A DNA stretch of 64,000 nucleotides from Macrostomum hystrix (lineage: Eukaryota; Animalia; Platyhelminthes), in contig CATNEN010000014.1 in assembly GCA_950097015.1 (NCBI GenBank), positions 558,001 to 622,000 of the forward strand. Direction: 5' to 3'. A program made the position numbers and the translations under genes. This document shows, in pieces, positions 42,101-51,781 of the stretch. Position 1 is the first letter of the stretch; each line of letters begins with the position of its first letter. Below the pieces are notes generated by a model. It made no database searches, was not told the DNA's origin, and worked only from the letters and a program-made list of their open reading frames with translations.

Positions 42101-43005
42101 GCCACTTGATTTATGCCATGTACTTACGCCAAGCACTTACGCCAAGGCACATTTTGGCCTATACTTACGCCAAGCACTTATGCCAGCCTCCAATCCCAAA
42201 CCAGATTTACGCCGGAGATCTCCGGCGTAAACGACATGATCCGGACTATGGTTAGCGTAGGATTTACTATATTTTACAAATCTAGCGCAATAGTGCACCT
42301 AAAACAACATAGCACAATAGCGCTAAAATCGTGCAGGTGTGGCAACTATGGTTATATCCAAGTTTTAATGTACTTAAAATAAAATAATAAAGCTGTTTAC
42401 AGAGGGTTGTTTAAATTCCAAAGAAAAAACTTAAGTTCTCAAAACAATTTTTAGGCCTACACAAAATAGCAAAGAATAAAGACAATTGCTTGTGGAAAAA
42501 CTGATGATAGTCGAATCTCGATTGTAATAGTTACTAAACTAGCAACAAATAAACCAAAAATTTATTTAAAGCAAAAACACAGGACAGCTGCATTGATTGT
42601 CATTCTCACAACAAAAATTTAAGTGACCAAAATGAAAATGATTTAATAAGGCTAGCTCTTAAATGGGGTCTTTTAAATAATGAATTGACACAGAACTTTC
42701 AAATATACAATATATATAGATATATGTATTGCATTCTTAAAATACAGCCGTCATTTATTCAAGTGACAAGAGTCGAATTTATACTTTAGGTCATTAGTAT
42801 AATCATGATTTTATTTATAAATTAGTGAAAAAAAGTATTCTTAAAAACTGAAAATAGAAAGAAATGAGCATTCAATGATTCTTACCCATGAAACAAGACG
42901 GAGAATTGTAATTGGCCGCTTTACAAACTCCAAAGGATCAAAACTAAAGCCGAAACCCTGAGCCTTTCCGGCACCATAAGCACCACCAGTTCCAGATGAA
43001 TCCAT
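39149..43005 (-). CDS. SYNGR: Synaptogyrin (MARVEL tetraspan vesicle protein). Exons 43005-42886, 40786-40567, 40325-40096, 39313-39149.
   Basis: N-terminal GGAYGAGKA...FDPLEFVKRP.TILRLVSW, then FAVIVFGCI, NACGFGIFVGV, DLGFSG, AFCYLTNKW, RASIAFSFFSI, and a C-terminal QQAPF...FQPPAY. All introns are GT-AG and in frame. Confidence 0.95.
39383..40030. repeat. 22-bp repeat (CATGATCCTCCAGCCACCAACT) in the last synaptogyrin intron.
   Basis: Direct reading; it is the reverse complement of the 45605-46465 array. Confidence 0.95.
41695..42251. mobile_element. Non-autonomous DNA transposon (MITE), 557 bp, in synaptogyrin intron 1.
   Basis: Perfect 17-bp TIR CCATAGTCCGGATCATG at both ends. 8-bp direct TSD TTAGCGTA (41687-94 and 42252-59). 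Many subterminal TTACGCC repeats. Confidence 0.9.
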
Positions 43006-43996
43006 GGAGCAATTAATTCTTGAGCTTTGTATCTAAATGTAACCCTTTTTATATTTTAAGAACGATTTGCTTATATTTGACTTAGATTTTAATTAAAACT
43101 TGTTTTATAAACAAAATAATTGACTCTTTCCAAGCAACAAAAATATTTTTAGTGCAATTTCCAGGTATTATGTATATTAAATAGTTATTGCTTTCTTTTT
43201 AAGCAGTAAAACACATAATATTTAAAAAAAATCTTACTTCGTATGCAGTTAGAAATTGCATTGCTCCACAAAAAAGTAACAACTTTGTTTCTAAGCAAAA
43301 AGATAACAAGCAACCATAAAAAAGCTGCATTTTTAATAACAAAAATTTAACGTCGCAACAACACACGATTTCTAAAGCCCCTATGGCCCTATTTGAGATG
43401 TCGGCAACGGATGTCTTCTGCTATCTATGAAACAACAACTACGACATGGAAGACATGGAGCTAGTAATTAACGTGATGTGTCAAACAAGCAATCCTTTGA
43501 ACTATATAATATTTTCACACTAATTTCACAATACATACATTCAGTGACTAGTCGCAGAAGGTTAAAATGATCTGTGTCAGATTTAACTGTACTGTATATA
43601 TGCAGTAAAGCATTCCTATATTTCATGCAACAGAACCTTAAATAAAATACCTTTCAAATACTATGTGTTTTTCATATTTTATTTTTGCTTATTAATATAT
43701 TTCATTGCTTCTTATTTTTTTTAAGTAAAACTATTTAAGTACAAACACAGTCATCTAAACATTTTGTATAAAAAATTTACAACTAAAAATGTTTCTTTCT
43801 TGAACAAATGTGAAAGTTTTAACTATATTAAATATTCCTATAAATTTTGATTTCCTACAATTTTGATTGTCACTTGAAACTCAGATGTTAATTTTTATTC
43901 ATTTGTTTTCTAAAAAACTGTTATTAATAATAATAGGTTAAACTGAGTAGGACATCAAATGCTTTTTTCACTCCAGCTGTGCATGCTACAACAAAA

Positions 43997-46900
43997 ATGC
44001 TTCGCAAAGTTTCTGAGATTCTGCTAGACATGCCCTGCGGAACCCAGCAGGCCGAGATGCAGCTATGCCTTGGAGACATTACAAAAATTGAGCCTGGTGG
44101 CCAGCCATATGATGTCATCATGCTTTCTGCATTTGCTGGTGAGCTTAAAGAAAGGAACTACTTACTAGCTACCTCTGCAACAAAGTGAGTTTTGAGTAGA
44201 TTTTATGCAGCTGGGTATGTTGTGCACTCTTGCTCCCCACAGCTGACTACTCAGCAGTGCCATCAACTCTCATTGGCGCCCTCACACACCCCACAGCTGA
44301 CTACTCAGCAGTGCCATCAACTCTCATTGGCGCCCTCAAACACCAGTTCAACCTGAGCGTGCGCGACCTGGCCAAGAACAAGGCCGAAGATCTGCGCAGC
44401 AACTTCAACTGTTGGATCTCAAAGCCCCTGCCGCCTGAACTTCCCTACAAGTGAGACAACTGTACAAGCCCTGCTATTGATTGCTGATGTTTTACTAATC
44501 AGGGGTAACTAGAATTCCCTCTACTGCTGCGCAGGCGAGTTCTGTGTTTCGAGCAGCACGTGATTTCGGGTCGAGAGCGCAGCCCTGAGAAGGCTGTTGG
44601 CGAAATCTTCCGCGCCATGTTCACGGTGTTCGCTGACAACATGAGTGTGATCAGCCCGCTGCTGGCCACTGGCTGCCAGCGGGCCTCCAAGTCGCGCATC
44701 ATGCACGCCCTGGTCACGGCCTGGCACACCTGGATCAGCATCGGCCTGCCCATGAGGCGCTACACTCTCGTCATCTACACCTCCAAGCTGGCCGTAGAGA
44801 GCCTCTCCGAGGACGACCGGAAGGCTGTGCAGGAGTTTCAGCGGCTCAAATCAGCCTTTGAAAGTCGGCACAAGAAGCATGCGGTGAGATCCTGATCTTG
44901 CATTTCGCTTGCACTTCAGAACCTTCAGCCGGACCCTGAACTCCTCGCTATGTAAAACCCGCAGCCTGTGCCCATCGAGACGGACCTGCTTGTATTCTGC
45001 TGCGAGAAGGACCTCCAGTTCCTGGAGCGGGCAACCCGCAGCCTGAAAGCCCGCGAGAAAAGTCTGCGCTGCCGCAAGGTCGTCCATTCTGACGACAGCA
45101 GCAGCAGTGGGGGCGGCTCCTCAGGCGACGAGGCCGCTGAAAGCGCAATGGCCACATCTGCCATCGACGCTCGCCGCTCCGAGATGCTGGGCAGCCGCCT
45201 CGTGGTCTGCCTCCTGTCGCAGGCTTTCCTGGCGAGTCGCACCTGCGTCGAGGACTTTAACGTGGCGATGTGCCTGGCGCACACCCGTCGGCACCCCTTC
45301 ATGCCCGTCTGCCTGGAGCGGCTGGCAAGCCTGCCCACCTACATGTCCCTCATCCAATGGATCGACTGTCGGCCGAAGCCAAGCGATGAACCAGGCCTGG
45401 ACAAACTGCAGGCGGCCATCGGGGAGATCGGCAGCCGGCTTGAACAGCTCAACATTGCAGGTGAGCGGCCAGCCGTCACCATCTGAAATCTGAAAGGCTG
45501 CCTTCGTTTTCATAGCTACCAGTTCATAGCTGTCATAGCTGAGGTTGATAAAGAGCTGCTTGTTTCATTGGTAACGGTAAGATCAGGGAGAGGGGTCGTT
45601 GCTTGGAAGATCAAGAGTTGGTGGCTGAAGGATCAGGAGTTGGTGGCTGGAGGATGATCATTCGGTGGCTGGAGGATCAAGAGTTGGTGGCTGGAGGATC
45701 ATGAGTTGGTGGCTGGAGGATCATGATTTAGTGGCTGGAGGATCATGATTTGGTGGCTATAGGATCAGGAGTTGGTGGCTGGAGGATCATGATTTGGTCG
45801 GCTGGAGGATCAGGAGTGTTTGGCTGGAGGATCAGGAGTTGGTGGCTGGAGGATCATGATTCGGTGGCTGGAGGATCAGGAGTTGTTGGCTGGAGAATCA
45901 GGAGTTGGTGGCTGGAAGATCATGATTCGGTGGCTGGAGGATCAGGAGTTGGTGGCTGGAGGATCAGGAGTTGGTGGCTGGAGGATCATGATTTGGTGGC
46001 TGGAGGATCATGATTTGGTGGCTGGAGGATTATGATTTGGTGGCTGGAGGATCAAGAGTTGGTGGCTGGAGGATCAGGAGTTGGTGGCTGGAGGATCATG
46101 ATTCGGTGGCTATATGATCAGGAGTTGGTGGCTGGAGGCTCATGATTTGGTCGGCTGGAGGATCAGGAGTGTTTGGCTGGAGGATCAGGAGTTGGTGGCT
46201 GGAGGATCATGATTCGGTGGCTGGAGGATCAGGAGTTGTTGGCTGGAGGATCAGGAGTTGGTGGCTGGAAGATCATGATTCGGTGGCTGGAGGATCAGGA
46301 GTTGGTGGCTGGAGGATCATGAATTGGTGGCTGGAGGATCATGATTTGGTGGCTGGGGGATCATGAGTTGGTGGCTGGAGGATCATGAATTGGTGGCTGG
46401 AGGATCATGATTTGGTGGCTGGGGGATCATGAGTTGGTGGCTGGAGGATCATGAGGTGGTGGCTGAAACTTGGCGCCTTTCCTCATCAGACGCATTCAAG
46501 ATGTAACTCTTTCCAACTCGCCCGCTTTAAAGGCGCAAACGACGGGCCATCCAAGCAGCGCTCGAGTGTTTCTGCGGTGTCTGGCAGAGGAGGCAGTGGC
46601 TACGACATCTTCATCTCGTACTCGCACCGCAACTCTGCAGCGGTAGAGCCGTTCCTCGCCGAACTGCGCCTCGCCTGTCGTGGCCTGCGCATCTTCTTTG
46701 ACAAGCAGGGCATCCAGACTGGCTTCTCCTGGATGGAGACCATCTACTCAGCCGTTAGCGGCAGCCGCCTCATCATCGCCTTCGTGACGCCCGATTACGC
46801 CAAGTCGTCAGTCTGCCTGGAAGAGTTTGGCGTCGCTTCCCTGCTGCATCGCAGTGACCATCACCAATCTTTGCTGCTGCCTATTTGCCTGGAGCCTCTG

Positions 46901-49868
46901 GGGCCCGCCTGCCCACCCATGCTGCAGTCCGTGGCCCGCTGGATTAACGCCACCACTGCTAGGGAGCAGGCCGTCAAGCGGGTGGCCGCGGCTGTTGCAA
47001 AAGTGATGACGGCCAGGTCTGGGGACAAAAAGGCCGCCCACCTCAAGGAACAGCTGTTTCCCGACTGTCACGTGAGCTGTTACCTGTCTTTCAAGTAAGC
47101 TATTCCCAAACTGTCACGTGAGCTGTTCCCCGACAGTCACACGAGCTGTTCCCCGACAGTCACATGAGCTGTTCCCTGACAGTCACATGAGCTGTTACCT
47201 GTCTTTCAAGTAAGCTATTCCCAAACTGTCACGTGAGCTGTTCCCCGACAGTCACACGAGCTGTTCCCCGACAGTCACATGAGCTGTTCCCTGACAGTCA
47301 CATGAGCTGTTCCCTGACAGTCACATGAGCTGTTCCCTGACAGTCACATGAGCTGTCCCCCGACAGTCACATGAGCTGTTCCCTGACAGTCACATGAGCT
47401 GTCCCCCGACAGTCACGTGAGCTGTTCCCCGACAGTCACATGAGCTGTTCCCTGACAGTCACATGAGCTGTTCCCTGACAGTCACATGAGCTGTTCCCTG
47501 ACAGTCACATGAGCTGTTCCCTGACAGTCACATGAGCTGTTCCCTGACAGTCACATGAGCTGTTCCCTGACAGTCACATGAGCTGTTCCCTGACAGTCAC
47601 ATGAGCTGTTCCCTGACAGTCACATGAGCTGTTTCCTGACAGTCACATGAGCTGTTCCCTGACAGTCACATGAGCTGTTCCCCGACAGTCACATGAGCTG
47701 TTCCCCGACAGTCACGTGAGCTGTTCCCCGACAGTCACATGAGCTGTTCCCCGACAGTCACATGAGCTGTTCCCCGACAGTCACATGAGCTGTTCCCCGA
47801 CAGTCACGTGAGCTGTTCCCCGACAGTCACATGAGCTGTTCCCCGACAGTCACATGAGCTGTTCCCCGACAGTCACATGAGCTGTTCCCCGACAGTCACA
47901 TGAGCTGTTCCCCGACAGTCACATGAGCTGTTCCCCGACAGTCACATGAGCTGTTCCCCGACAGTCACATGAGCTGTTCCCCGACAGTCACATGAGCTGT
48001 TCCCCGACAGTCACATGAGCTGTTCCCCGACAGTCACATGAGCTGTTCCCCGACAGTCACATGAGCTGTTCCCCGACAGTCACGTGAGCTGTTCCCTGAC
48101 AGTCACATGAGCTGTTCCCCGACAGTAACGTGAGCTTTTCCCCGACTAGCTATTCACTGACTTTTGATGCCTTCATAGATTGGCCTATCTCAATAAATCA
48201 CTGTCCGCACCCACAGAACCTGTCCCAGTTGATGTCCCAGGTGGACAAGCTGCGTCAGTCTCTGCTGGGCACGAAGCTGTCACTGCTGAGCGCTGCCAGC
48301 TTCGGCGCTTTTCGCAAGGCGGCCGCTGCTGCAGCGGAGGCGAGGCCGCTGGCAGTCGTGGACCTCTGTCACGTGGCCCTGGTGTGCCACCCAGATGAGC
48401 GGGAGCCGCTGGTTGAGGCGGTTCGCCTGCAAGCCGAAGCTTTCGCACCTGACCTGCAGGTGCGCTGCCTGGATTCCGACGAGGCGCATGACGACCTTGA
48501 GGCTCTGGAGCAGGTGGGCCATCGCTGCTGCTGGCTTTCCCGCAGCTCTGCTTCCTCCACAAATCCATTCAGCACTTCTCAGCATAAAATTGCTATCCAA
48601 AAACCCTTTGTCAGGCTAGTGTTGTGGTCCTGTTCCTGTCGCCGGTGTTCCTGACCTCTGCTCGCCTCAGCGGCCTGCTCTACCTGGCTCTGTGCCGCAA
48701 GCGGGCCCGCTCGGGCAACGTGCTGCTGTTCTGCCTGAACCCACTGCCACGCCATCCCGCCTTCCTGAGCCTCCTGCCAATCAGTGCCAGCATGGAGGAC
48801 ATCAAGGTGAGAACCTGTATTGAAGTTAAAGCTCTGATGAGTTCAACTGGAAGCTGAACTCAATGATAAAATGTGTGATTAAGAATATTTTAATGTTCGG
48901 TTTTCACCGAACCTGCTTTTCATTGAAGCCTGCCAAATTAAATGATGGCAGTTTTCTTCTGAGTTGAATGTGAGCAGTTTCCGTCTGAGTTGAATGTGAG
49001 CAGTTTCCGTCTGAGTTGAATGTGAGCAGTTTCCGTCTGAGTTGAATGTGAGCAGTTTCCGTCTGAGTTGAATGTGAGCAGTTTCCGTCTGAGTTGAATG
49101 TGAGCAGTTTCCGTCTGAGTTGAATGTGAGCAGTTTTCTTCTGAGTTGAATGTGAGCAGTTTCCGTCTGAGTTGAATGTGAGCAGTTTCCGTCTGAGTTG
49201 AATGTGAGCAGTTTTCTTCTGAGTTGAATGTGAGCAGTTTCCGTCTGAGTTGAATGTGAGCAGTTTTCTTCTGAGTTGAATGTGAGCAGTTTCCGTCTGA
49301 GTTGAATGTGAGCAGTTTCCGTCTGAGTTGAATGTGAGCAGTTTCCGTCTGAGTTGAATGTGAGCAGTTTCCATCTTGAGTTGAATGTTGAACGTCAAGC
49401 TCGATTCCTCGAACCCGCAGCTCCTTGCCGCGCAGTACAACAGCCACCAGAAGGAGCTGCAGGAATACATTGGCGAGGCCGCTCGCAAGCAGTTCTACAA
49501 GCTAACACACGCCGAGTGCGTCTTTGCCATCTGTTGCGCTCGGGCCATCGTTGAGCGCCTTTTTGGGTGAGGCCACAGGCGACTCTGGGACAGCTCTCTC
49601 TCTGTGCTCTGTTATCTCTGTGTGCCTTCAGCGATTTCCCCAGAGCCCCAATTATCGCCGCTGTGACTCCCCCGCAGGCTGCCTGAGAGCTTGGCCACCA
49701 CCCCGGCGGTGCTGGTGTCACTGTCGGAGCTGGCCTCCTGTGCCTACCTGACGAATCCAGATAAGCCGAAGCCGTGGAAGCAGGTGAGCACTGCGGCTTA
49801 TCTGATCAGACATTCTGTGTCACTAAAGCCCTTTTACCTAACCTTTGTAGGCAATGGAGCCTATCTAA
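43997..49868 (+). CDS. Macro-like domain + three TIR domains, ~790-810 aa. Exons 43997-44138, 44243(or 44297)-44450, 44535-44883, 44965-45460, 46533-47002, 48217-48513, 48615-48806, 49421-49566, 49678-49783, 49851-49868.
   Basis: Macro-like motifs LCLGDITK, DVIMLSAF and SVISPLLATG. TIR1 DLLVFCCEKD...LSQAFLASRTCVEDF; TIR2 YDIFISYSHRN...IFFD..GIQTG.SW...TPDYAKSSVCLEEF; TIR3 HVALVCHPDE...VVLFLSPVFLTS. Ten GT-AG-bounded exons join in one frame. The exon 5 donor and the last exons are less sure. Confidence 0.85.
45605..46465. repeat. ~22-bp repeat (AGTTGGTGGCTGGAGGATC(A/C)..) in Macro-TIR intron 4.
   Basis: Direct reading. Confidence 0.95.
47055..48127. repeat. 23-bp repeat (GAGCTGTTCCCCGACAGTCACAT) in Macro-TIR intron 5.
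   Basis: Direct reading. Confidence 0.97.
48945..49390. repeat. 26-bp repeat (TCTGAGTTGAATGTGAGCAGTTTCCG) in Macro-TIR intron 7.
   Basis: Direct reading. Confidence 0.97.
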
Positions 49869-51781
49869 GCCTTCCAAAGCGCGACTTAAAACAACTGAAC
49901 TCAGCTGCAGATGGAAGAAGAACTCTAGTAAGGGAAATTGTTTCCTCATTCGCACTGTCATGACTTTGGTTTAAGATGGACATTTAAATAGCTTTAATTT
50001 TTCTGTCTTGTGTAAACGCTAATGCTTTGATCAGTCGATTAGCGGCAGAGAGACCACCGGTGGTTTTCAAATACCTATTTTCCCTTTATCTCCTAAACTC
50101 GCCATGAAAATACTGAACACGTGCTAAAAATTTCTCCGCTCCATCCGATTAAACAGCTTCCAGAATCCTAAAATATCGGCATCGTCAAGATATTCAACGA
50201 TTCTCGTCGGTGTGATGCATATTTTTGCTCAGAAAATGTCATCATGCAGTTATGTCAGCTATTATTGTTGACTAGTTTAGATTGAATTTTTTAGCCGATA
50301 TGGATTCGCCATTGAGGTTTATATTGAGCAATGTTAGTTGTCCTTGTCACCAGAGACTCCGACAAGAATCGCTGAATATCTCGACGGTGCTGACTCGTGA
50401 GGACTTTCAAGAAAAAGGTCATTCGGTTTGGGAGCAATCGTGAAGTAGGCAGTTGGTATTTGAAATACCCCTGCGGTTTTTCCCCAGAGGAAAAATAGCT
50501 TGTTCAGTCTATTGCACCCAGCATATTTTGGTATATGTGAATTTCAAGTTTATGCTGTCTGGCGTGCTCAAAGGAGTTTTCAGTCTCGTTTAACTCCGAG
50601 TGCAAGATTGGCAATCTCACACGCTTAGTCGTGGATAAATCATTGTCTATGGCAAAACATCGCTGATTCAGCAACGCCAATTCCATGCTTCCATGGCAAA
50701 AGCACTCGTGCGCGACATTAGCGTTCCAGAATGTTTCCAGTATTTTTAGAAAGACTTGACTAAAAATGTTTGCAGTGCACAAGTACCTGACTTGCATGGT
50801 TATTGGTTATGTACTTTTGCTTTTTTAGAATGACATAGGCTGTGTATCAATGTTCACTTTTCGAATATATATTTTTCAGGCTTGTAAAATGTTTTGTTTC
50901 ACTTATTTGCTCCCTCCAAGATCAAATATTTACAATCGACTACATAACTTAACGAGCGTACATAAGATGAGTAAATGCTACCGTTCATTTCCTGATTGGA
51001 ATGAGAAAACTTTCTTTTCTGATTTGATCTTTGCTCCAGTGAGGTAATTCTTCGCTTAATTTCTGTCTTTTTCTTTGCAGTTCTTTGCAATTAACGAGCT
51101 TCCGCATGTATCCGGAATCGTATAGAAAGCAGAGGCTAAAACTGCGGCTGTACTTATGGCCCAAATGGTTAAGTATAAATGCTTCTGGATAAAAGCAATA
51201 CAAGACTGCCTTGTAACAACTATGAGGATAACCGAGACACAAAAAACAGCCAGCCCAGGTTTTTTGGGCTGGCTCTCTTGAATACAAACGTGAGCCTGCT
51301 TGATGGTTTCAGCAACCACTATTTGCCCTGTGAATTGGCAATAACTAGCTAACTCCTAGCTTCGCTGGTTTGGACTCATATTCAGCTCAAACCTACTCGA
51401 TCAGGCTATATGACTGCCTTCTGCCAAGAATGATGTGGTCGTACAGACTTATCAAAACTGTTGTCAACGATACTCCGTCTATTGTGCTTTACAATATACG
51501 GAGTCAAAGCATTGTTTTCGTAAGCTGTGAATGTCGAAAGAAGTCAATGCGACAAAGCCAATTACATCTATCAAAATCGAAGGGAATAATTAACAAGAGC
51601 TTGTTTGAGACGCAAAGACCCACACACCCTAGATGAGAAGTTGTCATAGCAACATGTTTAGCCAACCGTGCGGATAAAAATATCATCGTCGTTCCCTTGG
51701 TCTTGAGATAAGAACTGCACCGACAATGTACGATTCTTCATGAAACCACTGGCTTTGTTTCTATCACTTACATTCTAAGAC

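Noticed and set aside
51248-51274. 10-bp GC-rich hairpin, as in a Helitron 3' end or terminator
   Set aside because: No CTRR follows, no 5' TC end was found, and intrinsic terminators do not apply here.
50504-51686. Several 60-100-aa ORFs between the TIR gene and ENaC copy A
   Set aside because: AT-rich with stops in all frames and no consistent exon chain or motif.
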